A DNA stretch of 64,000 nt, from NCBI GenBank assembly GCA_008632985.1, contig QPGO01000105.1, positions 62,001-126,000 on the forward strand. Direction: 5' to 3'. Source of the DNA: Psammoneis japonica (Eukaryota). The notes below the pieces were generated by a model. It saw only the letters and a program-made list of their open reading frames with translations, had not been told where the DNA came from and made no database searches. The stretch's first letter is position 1. Every line of letters starts with the position of its first letter. Shown here piece by piece: positions 12,831 through 23,453 of the stretch. Made by a program: the position numbers and the translations under genes.

Positions 12831-13797
12831 GACAGGACGCCCACCGTGCGTGGACCTCGCACTGCTGCGCTGTGACATCAATGGTTTTTTGGATCGCGTC
12901 GCATGTCGTGCACGCACATTTCTACGTGTCATGTTCTACGAAATTGTTTCACACTCCCTGTTTTGCGAAGCCAAAGGCTTTCCATTTTCAACATTTGTGA
13001 GAATGAAAATGTGCTGGGTGTGACGTGTTCCAGTCCCAGGTGACACACAAAACGACAATCGATTTTGAATGTAAATTATGTATCTATTAGTGTATGAAGC
13101 ATTTTCATATAAAATACACAAGCGGATTGGCTTTTACAGGCGTCTAGAGTATGAATAATTATGAAGAATTAAATAGTTTTTTGTGCGGTATCTAATTCCT
13201 CATGGTGTGTGTATCATAAACTTCCTCAGTAGACTCAATACTGATTGTACGTCTGTACTGTTTATACGGAAATTTATTTGTAAGTAGAAAAATTACTAAA
13301 AAGCATTGTAGAAAGATATATTTAGTTAACATCCAAATAACGGCAATAATTTCGCCGAAAATCATCCGTTGTGTTACGATTCGTTTATCGCAATGAAAAA
13401 CATTGATGGCACAATAACAATGATTTTGCAACACTCACACGAGTCTTGTTAGCGTTGCAAAACATTAGAATTTGAATAAATCTATACTTTTGGTGGTGAA
13501 AAACCGTTCGTAAGTCAGAGACCGCGCAAAAATCGCGCAAATGTCGTTTTTGTGCACGATTTGGGTCACGTGCGGCTGGAACACGTCGTGTGTTCTTTAA
13601 TGTCTGAAGAATGTGCCCTGGCAAACTGTCAATGATGCACTGCAAGCATGGAGGAGGAGATGCATTCGTAAAATTGCCTCTTTTTCTGTTGGCGATCATT
13701 TGCATTTTCATTGCAGTGCAAACTTGCTGAAGAGCTCGAACGCAGAATTCTGCGGGCCCAATGTCACACGGAGTCTCACCTGGGGCTGGAACCTGTC
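12831..13797. mobile_element. Old, hypermutated MITE (~397 bp without its insert), related to the 389-bp MITE; interrupted by a younger MITE
   Basis: Left part GGACCTCGCACTGCTGCGCTGTGACATC and right part GAGCTCG..CGCAGAATTCTGCGGGCCCAATGTCACACGGAGTCTCACCTGGGGCTGGAACCTGTC align to 15820-16208. Ends are GACAGG...CCTGTC; no clean TSD. Confidence 0.75.
13022..13587. mobile_element. Young 566-bp MITE nested in the older MITE
   Basis: Ends are GACGTGTTCCAG and CTGGAACACGTC, with 4-bp TSD GTGT (13018-13021, 13588-13591). The AT-rich interior has normal TA content. Confidence 0.9.
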
Positions 13798-14635
13798 AGC
13801 AGAGAAGGACAGAAAAAGGGGTGCCACACAGCTTGTGAGGTGTTTGTGATTTGCAAAAGGTTGTTTTGGAGAGGTGCCCATGCAGAGGTTGGAAAGGGGC
13901 TCATGAGCATGGGTGCAGTGGCGGGGGGGGGGGGGGGGAGTGTTTTGCAAGTCAGGGTTTGGGCACAGAGTCAGCTGTGGAGGGAAGAGGTGTGTGGTGC
14001 ACGGGGTTGAAGCACTTGTTGCCCTCAAGTCAGCAAGGCAGGAGCAACAAGAGCACAAAGAAAAGTGGAGCAGGAAGCTCTGGAGTTGCCGGGGTTGTGT
14101 GGAGAGAGCTGGGGGCATGGGCTCAGGGCAAGCAAAGTGAGCCAATGGGAGAGAGGAGAGGCAAACAAAAAGAAGCCAAGACCACCCAGGCAATCAACAG
14201 CAAAAGGCAGAGCAAAGATTTCATCATCTTTGGCTCAATTGTGCCGGCACACCTTTTGACTGCAATCAGTGGCTGCTGGATGCCAACTTGGTCTGCAAGG
14301 ATGCCAACTTGGTGGGCTTGCTGCTGGGCTTTGTGTGCCATCACTTGTGAGTTGTGAGACCAAGAGTTGTCACAAAGACTGATCAATTGGTCCAACTTTA
14401 CAACACTGATTCAACCAAGACAGACAAGCCACCAAAACTTTGAGTTGCAAGACTGAGCTCAAGACAAACACAGGGTGGCCAAAGAAGATGTTTTGTTTCT
14501 CATCTTCAGCACAACAACATCTCATGAAGTCTCGCGCAAGACTTCCTTGAGCAGCACTTTGGAGTCACTGCCCTTCCACCCCAGAGCACTTTCTTCTTTG
14601 ATGATCGTTGGTGTCTTGCTTCTTGTGAGGCTTCG

Positions 14636-14680
14636 CCTGTCACCTGTCGCCTGTTGCCTGTTGCCTGTTGCCTGTCGTTT
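14636..14680. repeat. 7-bp microsatellite (CCTGTYR)n
   Basis: cctgtca cctgtcg cctgttg cctgttg cctgttg cctgtcg; variants are consistent with CG to CA/TG decay of CCTGTCG. Confidence 0.8.
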
Positions 14681-15819
14681 GTTGTGGGGGTGAGATTTTT
14701 CTTGCGCTCGTCTCGTTTCGTGCGCGTTCTTCTTGAAAAGCCTGCTTTTCAAATTGTTGCTTTTGCGGGACTCCATGTTTGCAACTGTGTTATTTTGAAT
14801 GTGCGTTTGTCATGCGCAGCATGTGCATGCAAAATTTTAATGGGGCAGCGGCATGCCGCCTTGGCGTGCGGCAAACATTTTTTGCCTCCATCAAAGACAT
14901 CAGAAAACTCCAACAACACACAAACACAACACCCCAGCTGGCTGGCTAGCAGCAACTGCTTGTGGCAATGAGAGTTGATCTCTGACATCATTGGAGTGTC
15001 AATTGGAGTCTTGTGTGGGAGTTCACTGTCGCTCTTTGTGTGGGTGGTCATCTTTTTGGTCCATCTTTTGGTCCTCCATTTCCACTCATCACTGTCGGGT
15101 TCATTGAGAAATGTTTTGGATTCCTTGATGAGACTGGGTTTGTGCTGGTCATGTCCATTCTGTGGGTTCCTGCATTGACATTTCTTTCAGTGCTGGAAGC
15201 GCATCTTTTCAGGTCCGTGATCTCACTTTGGTCTCTTTTGATCTCTTTCCTCCTTCTCTCACTTCTGCAGATTTTCCTGTTCGTGAGGATCAGACCCCTT
15301 CGATGGCTCGATCACTTTTGGAGTGCTTTGTGCTTTAGACATCGTTGTTTGCCCCAGCTTGTGCTGCTGATGTCTGGCTCATTTCCGTTTTGTGAGCTGT
15401 TGTGATTGAAAGCAAAGCATCTGTGGTGCATGAAAACAATGATTTGACACCATTTGAGCGTGTTTGTCATTGTCAACATGTGGGGGTGCATGGTGATTGC
15501 TTTTGCACGGGGGTCGACTCCAATGTTCACTGCTTCCTCTGTGTTTTTTGAAGTCATTCCCCAAAACCAACAGGCCAAAACTTCCTGACACAGCAACCGC
15601 CGAACAACCAAGATCAAGATGTCGATCATCATGTGTGGCCTTCCATGGTCTTTGTGCTGTCACCGGTTGCTGCGCCGGATTGTCCATTCCTGCATGGCAA
15701 TGTCTCCCAAACAACGGCCTGATCTCCATCCCAGCTCCATAAGAACAGTGCCGATCGCTGTGATGGTTGGCCTTTGCCAATTTGTCATGCCTTTGGTGGC
15801 GTTTGCGGCACAGCCGGCC

Positions 15820-16208
15820 GACGCGTTCCAGGTCTAGGTGGGACCTCGTACTACTGAACTGTGACATCGATAGTTTTTTGAGTCTCGTCGTATGTCGCGC
15901 ACGTAGATTTCTACGTGATTTTTTCGATATTTTGTGTCATTTTACGGTACACTTATTGAGCGATCCGTCCAACAACTTTTGACATTTTTTGTTACAGCGC
16001 GATTCTACAATGTCTTAAGAATCGCGTAGGGCAGGCGAAGTTGCAAAAACGTCGAGTGGTAAGAGGCATAATTGTACCACAAACTTGGCCGTTTATTGAT
16101 GTTGAAGATAAATATATCCATTAATTAAATTCTCGTACTACGGAGCTCGCACGTAGAATTCTACGGGCCCAATGTCACAAGGAGTCCCACCTAGGGCTGG
16201 AACGCGTC
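15820..16208. mobile_element. Young 389-bp MITE (unmutated copy)
   Basis: TIRs are GACGCGTTCCAGGTCTAGGTGGGAC and GTCCCACCTAGGGCTGGAACGCGTC, with 4-bp TSD GGCC (15816-15819, 16209-16212). It retains 29 TA sites and aligns end to end with 63115-63504. Confidence 0.92.
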
Positions 16209-16869
16209 GGCCAGACGTGTGCTGGTGTCCACAATGCAATGCAAGTGCAGCTGCAGCTGGGGTCCGTGGGTTCATCGGCCAGGCAGCGGATCCCGCACAG
16301 CCTCTGCAGCTGGCTCCGAGTCATGCATGTGACTCCAGGTTGATTGATTGTCCCGGCACTCCGTCAGGACATGTTGTTCAAATTGCTGGCCTCGACCGCC
16401 ATCACCGCCCCCTTTTTCATTGTGTTCATGGAAGAGGATGGGACCTTGGATGCCACGCCCCTTTCGATCATCATGTTCATGGCAGAGAACAGGAACGCGG
16501 ACACAATGCTCTGTCATTTCGCCGCCATGATGTGTTCCTCCCGTGTCACCCGACGAATCAGCACATGGCATGGAGCGGACCCGTGCAACCCTTTCAATCA
16601 TGACCTGTGGAAAGCAATGCCTGCTGAATCTCTTGACAAGCGAAAGCCCCTTTCCCAATGCCGCCTCTGGGTTTGATCGAAACGACACTCGCCTTTCCAA
16701 CCCGAGGAGCACTCCAACGAAGGCTCCGACAAAGTCGATCTTGAAAAAGGAAACAACCCCGACCAGTGCAGAAAGGCGGGTCGACTGTCGGGCGTCTCCG
16801 TCTGGAGTCGCCCACCCAGAACGCACCCCTGGAAAGACGCCATAAACGGAGCTACCGGTAAAGGAAAAC

Positions 16870-17778
16870 ATGGTGATAATTCACAACAAGCGCGCTAGCT
16901 CCAAGCTCAGGATAGTTCACGTACGGTAATCTCTCCGTACAAGGTGGATCCACGCCAGAAAGAATTCTGTCCTTTTGAAAAGCTCAGAGTGTTGCGATAG
17001 CGAGCTTGCAGCGTGCTCGAATAAGCACAAAAAACGCTACTCCAGACTTATGGATGTATTTCCTTCTGACTTTGTCGTGTTGGTGTCGGAGCCTCTCAAT
17101 CGATCGACAGCGTCCGAGCATCAAACTTTTCACTGAAACGGGAACTCCCGTTTATCGGTGATGCCTTTGGTAGCCTCCGAACGAACCGTGCTACCAATTC
17201 GTTTGATTACGTGGTATGCACAAACACCGGCAATTCTGTGAGGGACGATTTCTATGATTTGCTTGCTGATATCATAGAGAGTCAGATGCTGTCATCATTT
17301 ACAATTAACCGACAGACGATCGGAAAAACGCAACAGATGACCATCTCGTTACCAGTTCTGATTCGGATGAAATTTATGCATCTCGCGATGAGGTGTATCC
17401 AGGCTCAGATTGTTTCGTCATCAAGAACAGAGCGTTATTGAACAGATGGTGTTTGGTGACGTCTTTGTGAGGTTCCCTCCAACTGGAAACACTCTCTTGG
17501 TACAGGCTGAGCTTATTTTGGGTAGCAGCTCTTTCAAAGCTCTCAACTCTATCGAGCTCAACGCAACCTACCACCTTGATGACAGAAGTTGGAGGGATCT
17601 TGAGGATACAAACATGAGACACTATGTCTTAACGAATATGGAGAACACATACACGAGTCTGCATAATATTTGGCGGATGTGTTGTAAGCTAAAATATGGA
17701 GAGATGCAATCACGTCAAGGCTTGGAGCGTCAATTCAATAGACTGGAGAGACGAAACTTATGGAATCGAAAAGTTTAA
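16870..17778 (+). pseudogene. Disrupted uncharacterised gene, copy 1 (possibly a glycosyltransferase-like domain)
   Basis: Fragments SPYKVD..FCPFEKAQSVAIASLQ, FDYVVCTN, FTINRQTI, GDVFVRFPPTG and TYHLDDRSW are spread across several frames. Normal TA content. Confidence 0.45.
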
Positions 17779-17779
17779 A

Positions 17780-18540
17780 GTCAAGATTGTCCATGTAATC
17801 TCTCCGTACAGAGTTGATCAATGTCAAGAACAGTTCTGTCCATTCGATCAAGCTCAGAGTGTTGCGATAGCAAGCTTGCAGTGAACGCGAACTAATACAA
17901 AGAACGCTACTGTAGTGTTCGCTGCAGAACGCTTTCCACATACGTTGGATGATGTTCCTCCTAACGTTGTCGTGTTGGAGCCTCTCAATCGATCCACGGC
18001 GTCAGAGTTCCGTATCCAAATTGAAAAAGGAACTTCCGTTTCTTGGTGACATCTTTGTTAGTCTTCAAACCAACTGTACTACCAAGTCATTTGACTACTA
18101 GGTGTATACCAATGCAGACATTATTATTCGTGCATTTACGCTTCATCGGCAGACAATCAAAAAGATTTTCAAGGACGGCGCCCATTTGATTTGGATGGAA
18201 TCTATGCATCTCGCGGTGAGCTACATCCAGGCTCCGACTGTTTCATTAGCAAGAAGAGCCTATTTCAGCATATGAGCTATAAAAAGATGTCTTTGTGGAG
18301 TTTCCTCCACTTGGAAACATGCTCCTCATTCAGGCCGGGACTCTTTCCAACTACACCCTCAAGAGCTTTAAGTCCGACGCGCCCAAGGCAACATACCATC
18401 TTGGTGACGACAAGGCATTGAAGAACCTCAATGGCAGCAGAAATACGTCCTGAAGAACTTGGCTAACGCATACACGAGTCTTCCAGATATGTGGCAACAA
18501 TGCTGCAATACAAATAAAAGATAGACACGAGCCTCTCAGC
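17780..18540 (+). pseudogene. Disrupted uncharacterised gene, copy 2 (diverged tandem duplicate of copy 1)
   Basis: ISPYRVDQCQEQFCPFDQAQSVAIASLQ*, YTNADI, GELHPGSDCF and TYHLGDD are colinear with copy 1; contains stops and frameshifts. Confidence 0.45.
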
Positions 18541-18566
18541 CCTGATGCAAATATTCAAAAACTTTC

Positions 18567-20065
18567 TTGGGAAGCCTACATGCTCAAGCGCGGGCGACAT
18601 ATCGAAGGGACAACGTGAGTGAGCCTCTCCTTTTCTTTACTTCCAACTTCCACTTGCATTTCCTACCCGAGGCTGCCGTGTGTATTCTTGTGGGTACAGC
18701 TTGCGGTTTTCTGGCACACTTGTTACCATGGACTAATCTCGACGCAGTCAGTTTTGATGACGAACTCTAAATGGTAGTGCTTCTGCCTCCTATTATCTTT
18801 GTAGCCGCCTTGCAGGTCTCAAAGACACAGTTCAAGAGACGCCGAGGAGCGATTCTACTCTTTTCAGTTCTTGGAACCATTATATCTACCTTTTCAACCG
18901 GTCTGTTGGTACACTACTGTTCCAAGGCCCTATCATCGGTAACAACCTTTCCCATGTTGGATTCCCTTACGTTTGGAGCGTTGATATCTTCGATTGATCC
19001 GGTGGCCATCCTTAGTGTCCTCACAAGTCTGCATCTAGACCAAAAGGATACAATCTTTATTCTTGTGTTTGGAGAGAGTCTTTTGAATGATGGTATTGCT
19101 ATTACTCTTTTCCAGACACTTGTCGATCGCTTTGACGGAAAGACAAATATGGGTCCACAAGCGCGGACGAAGTGTTTGATGCCCTTGCCTCCTTTTTGAT
19201 ATCCATTTTTGGTTCGATTGTTGTGGGCTTGGCTTGTGGGGCCGGAGCATGGGCTTACTTAAATGTTCTTGGAACCAGGATATCACCCGTCATGGAAGTG
19301 GGGAGTTTCTTTTTGTGGGCTCTCATTCCATACTACATTTGTGAAGGGGTCGGCTGGTCCGGTATTGTATCCATTGTAGTGATTGGATTCTTTATGGACA
19401 TTTACATTGCTGGTCCAAAGACACCCAAAGCTCCACCTTCACTGTCACCATCAACTGATTCGTATAAGAACATGAACGACGAGAACAATCCTTCCGCGCA
19501 CGAGACGACTATATCGACCATTGCTTCCTTCGAGTCTGAGAAATCCGTGGCACCGCTAGCAACGACGGAACGAGTCCACCTTTCCGCGACAGCCGATAAG
19601 CATGTACGGTTTGTGGCGCATTTAACGTCTCAACTTGCAGAGAATGCTATCTTTGCCTATCTGGGTTTGTTTCTATTCAGTAGCAACTACGATTGGGAAC
19701 CGAGACTCATCACGATTGCCATTTTCTCTTGCGTGTTTAGCCGAGCGCTCATGGTGGTGGTCGTTTCAGCATTTATCTATCAACTGTATAAACTGCGAGG
19801 ACGAGTTACAGATGGCTCTCCTACCAAGAGCAGCAAAACAGCGCTTGCGCTGCGCAACCCTCGAACGCAAGCAGTTCTCGTCTTGGCCGGCCTTCGCGGT
19901 GCCGTATCACTAGCTCTGGTGGAGAATGTGCCCATTTACAACAACACCTCGGGAGAAGGGTGCGAGTTCAAACAGGTTGCGAAAATCTCAAGCAACAGGT
20001 TCAGTAAAGCTTCTCTGGTTTGGGATTGTAGTAGGAATAACATTTTAGATTTTGCATGCCGGTAG
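18567..20065 (+). pseudogene. Na+/H+ exchanger (CPA1/NHE family), disrupted
   Basis: Hallmark motifs LPEAAV, LLPPIIF, FGALISSIDPVAIL, LVFGESLLNDG, AENAIFAYLG and AGLRGAVSLAL. In-frame TAA at 18768-18770 and a frameshift near 19160; no clear N-terminus. Confidence 0.8.
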
Positions 20066-20448
20066 TACATTTCTTGCATTCTTCATTTTTTCGAGTCGGT
20101 GTTGCGACATTATAATACAACATGTCGACAAAATAGGTCCTGACGAAACGATTAGAGTACGAGAAGAGTACATACTAAGTAGTTTTTTCAGATCCGGCGT
20201 TGCGAATCTTCCTCGCCGCTTTCGCCAGTGACAAGCTGACGTAAGGAAGGTACTTAGAAAACAAAAAGGAAATGTGAAATAGAAATACGTCGTTTTGCTT
20301 GACGTTTCACGGCTGCAAGCCAGTGAAACGATTTACATGAACTCCCGTCTTGGCAGCCTCGGCACATTGTCGCTCCCTGTCGCACAAAGCTACCGTATGG
20401 ACTATTGAGATCGATCCTCGACGATTCCTAGCCGTTGAAGATAGAGAC

Positions 20449-21504
20449 CTACTCTTTCTTGCATGGTCTCCAACGGGCCGCATTGCATACAGCCTCGTGG
20501 TTCTGATGCCAATCCGTGGCAAGGCAATCATCACTGCAATACCATGCAATGTAGCATCTGTTGCATACCTTCATATCCTCGGATTTTTTACCACAAGCGC
20601 GACATTGAGGAACAACTTTTTCCATCGAGCAAATCGCACGACCGGCCCACTCTTTAGCAAGACAGTCATCATGGCGTTGGATTGCTTTCTTCATAACGTC
20701 GTCGCCGTCAGCAGCAAGCACTGCCGACGGATTCAAGGCGGACAACATTGCCACTAGTGCACATCCAAGAAGATTGATCCCTCTTTCATTTGGGTATGTC
20801 TCCACACACGCCAGAACAGTTGGGACGCCTCCGCATGAAATGACTTCTGACACGACGACAGTCTCCGAAACAAGCAGTCCGAGTGCACGAATCAGAGCCA
20901 TTGCCGCTTCAATGATGCTCGTTTGCATTTCGCCATCCGTGACGTGGTTCCGCAGCAACAAGACTGATTCTGTAACCCCCCCATACTCTTGGATGGATTT
21001 GGCTGTCGTTTGGTCGTAAGCCATTGAGCACAACAATCCCAATGCATTGCGAAGAGACAGACCGGCACCTTCGTTCGGGAGATCTGGGAAATACTCACGC
21101 TGACCTCTCAGAGCGCTTAGAATGAGAGGAATTCCGCCAGCCTGTGCAATGACCTGTTTGATTTCTAAATCCTCTTTGTAGTCCATCGAAGCAACAGAGG
21201 AAAGAAAGAAACAACCGAAAAATAAGACGCCGCTGTAAGCAGTTTCTTGCATTAGATTGAGAACCGTACTGATGCCTCCAAGCTGGATGAGCGCACGACT
21301 GGAACCGCTTTTGTCGCTGACAATGACTTTCATGATATCCGCCAAGACGTGGACGGCCCTGATGCCGTCTTGTTCGGATGACGTATTACTCGGCAGATTG
21401 GAGACAAGCTCTGAGATTCGCTCGTGTACGCGATCGTCTTGCTTGGGTGCGCTGGTTGCCTGCGGCTTTGCTTTAGCTCTGTTGCGTCTGCTCTTTTTCC
21501 CCAT
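20449..21504 (-). CDS. Armadillo-repeat-like protein with a C-terminal MYND zinc finger
   Basis: Intact 351-aa ORF with ARM-like GGI/GGV helical repeats and C-terminal CRAC..CNRC..YCSDDC..DW..HEAVC (MYND pattern). Confidence 0.85.
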   Translation of the reverse strand: MGKKSRRNRAKAKPQATSAPKQDDRVHERISELVSNLPSNTSSEQDGIRAVHVLADIMKVIVSDKSGSSRALIQLGGISTVLNLMQETAYSGVLFFGCFFLSSVASMDYKEDLEIKQVIAQAGGIPLILSALRGQREYFPDLPNEGAGLSLRNALGLLCSMAYDQTTAKSIQEYGGVTESVLLLRNHVTDGEMQTSIIEAAMALIRALGLLVSETVVVSEVISCGGVPTVLACVETYPNERGINLLGCALVAMLSALNPSAVLAADGDDVMKKAIQRHDDCLAKEWAGRAICSMEKVVPQCRACGKKSEDMKVCNRCYIAWYCSDDCLATDWHQNHEAVCNAARWRPCKKE

Positions 21505-22049
21505 GGTCGAATCGATTTACTTCGAAGAGCTGCAGTACTATACCGTTGTGCAGAAGTTGTGAGTTGCAGTGGATGGAGAACGCTGAGAGAACGGCGTTGC
21601 TGCACCCATGCATGTCATTGTCGACCGGCAGCGCTGAACAGCGCCACACACCGCTGCGAACCAGGATCGTACAAGCTCCGGTACAAATCTACGTGCGCGT
21701 GGAACGAACACCGTTAAAATTTGTACTTTTTTTACGGCAGTCTATGTAGGGCTTCTGACGGGACGAACTTATAATTTATAAATATCAATTCACAGATATC
21801 ATATATACCTCGAAGACGAAACGTGATGGAGGGGGGAAAACAGACGGCACGACACATGATGGATGACTGCCGTACAGTACAGCACGTAGGAGGGGGCCCT
21901 GTCGCTGGAAAAGTGCGCGTTCAGGCCTGAATCAATTGATTGGGAGGCTCAATCAACAGCTCGCGAGTGCTGGAGCTCTACGTGGCTGGCTGCGCAATCA
22001 ACCCCGCGCGACCCACCAATCAACACGAAAACACAAGGTCAAGGCTGCG

Positions 22050-23390
22050 AGCCACTCTGAGCGCAATGGCGAGGGGTTTCTCGATACGCCGGACCAGACA
22101 TTGGCAAGAGAAAGGTGGCAAACCCTGCCCTTGTTGCACTCCATCATGCAGAAAGGAAGTGCAAAAGCAAAGAGATTGTGTGGCAGGACAAAATTGCAGC
22201 ACAACACATGGAGAAGCGCAGTGTGGATGGTTCCGGCGCCGGCATGGATGACGCTGAAGGATGGCGCATCCGTTCCCCCAAGTGTCGATGCACCCCTCTT
22301 GAATCTGTGCAGGATGTGATGGAGCAGTTTGAGCAGAACCGATCGTGGCACATCAGTGGGAAAAAATTCAACCCTGACACTTTCGCACGCTGCGAGCTGG
22401 GGAACACCAGGCTGCCTGCAATTTTGCCACCGTCAAGCCAGCCGGCACTGCATGCACTGGAGCAACTCCAATGCAACCTGAGGAACAAAGTGTCACTCTC
22501 AAGACAGTGCCACATTTTGGAGTGGGTGGCTGCTCTTTTTTTGAAGAAGATCCGAGTGATCCTGCTGCGCCGATGCTTTCTGTGTGTGAAAAAAGTGCAA
22601 AAGACAGGCCTGTTCCAGCTCCAGGTGCTCCGCGCGGGTTCGATTCCCATCATTTGGAAATTTGTGCATTTAGCGCAATTGACTTTTTCCAAATCCGTTT
22701 TTTGCCAAATCGAAGGGTGAGTGTGCACTTCACATGCATTTTCGGGTGTACACTCACCTTTCGATTTTCGAAACGATCAAAATTGAACGAGTTAATTGCG
22801 CTAAACTGCGCAGAAAATCGGCCTCTTGCGTGATGACAAGCAGAGCACCTGGAGCTGGAACAGGCCGACATTGCTTTGCAACGTGGCTTTGTGGAGTGCA
22901 AGGTCAATCACTGTGCCTCCAATGAGTCCATGCCTTGCCCCAAAAATGCAGCGGCATGTCAAGAACCAATGGATGTGAATGCCCCCATTGTCTTGGACGT
23001 GCCAAAAAGAAAAACATTCCGAATTTGTACAAGCGTGACGACAAGACGTGTGCGACGGCGCTTGTGCGGGCGTTTGAGGACAAGTTTGTGGACAAAGAAG
23101 ACAATCGTGTGCATTCTCCTTGCATGCTGTGGGATGACAAAAGCAGGAAAAAGGCAGAACAGAAAGGGAGCCAAAATTCAAAATTCAATTTGTGGTGCGC
23201 GGCACACTGTGCAGCTCGCACTCTGCCAAAAGACAACGACCCGGCAACTCTAAAACAGAACCTTGCGGATCTGAGGAAACTTGGTGCCACCCACAAGACC
23301 AGCACTTCATGGTGTGATGCAATCAAAGATTTGCAATGCATGGTGCTCTTTTCTTGTGGACCGCAAGAAAGTAGAAAGCAAGCAAAATGA
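22050..23390 (+). pseudogene. Unknown accessory gene of the YR element, interrupted by a MITE
   Basis: Removing MITE 22607-22866 plus one TSD joins ...LSVCEKSAKD to IALQRGFVECKVNH... in frame. Continues after a frameshift into 22935-23390. Confidence 0.5.
22607..22866. mobile_element. 260-bp fold-back MITE of the same TTCCAG-TIR family
   Basis: Perfect 24-bp TIR GGCCTGTTCCAGCTCCAGGTGCTC, with 4-bp TSD GACA (22603-22606, 22867-22870). Internal inverted repeats TTTAGCGCAATT/AATTGCGCTAAA and AAATCGAAGGGTGAGTGTGCAC/GTGTACACTCACCTTTCGATTT. Confidence 0.92.
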
Positions 23391-23453
23391 GCATGTGCAC
23401 CCAGCAACAGAGTCACACTGCTCAGCAACAGAGTGTTTTGTTTTTGCCAATTT

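Larger units (their letters stand above)
400..16840. other. TpA-depleted (hypermutated) repeat domain 1
   Basis: TA is almost absent and TG/CA abundant. Surviving TA is mostly in TAGA/TCTA/TAAA/TTTA (e.g. 1267-1290 cctgtagaagaataaatttatg). ORFs almost lack Tyr and are Cys/His/Trp-rich. Two TA-rich islands (13022-13587, 15820-16208) are young MITEs. Boundaries approximate. Confidence 0.9.

Noticed and set aside
15820..16208. Classical RIP (CA to TA) having produced the TA-rich MITE copy
   Set aside because: The TA-rich copy keeps many CA/TG and more CG and has better TIRs. The paired TIRs, the duplicated block and the YR catalytic codon all point to TA as ancestral.
400..16840. Hundreds of overlapping Cys/His/Trp-rich ORFs (also in 48.9-52.7 and 57.6-64 kb) as real metal-binding proteins or an alternative genetic code
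   Set aside because: They are by-products of TA loss: TAA/TAG stops and TAY codons are removed on both strands and TG/CA codons are inflated. Neighbouring host genes use the standard code.
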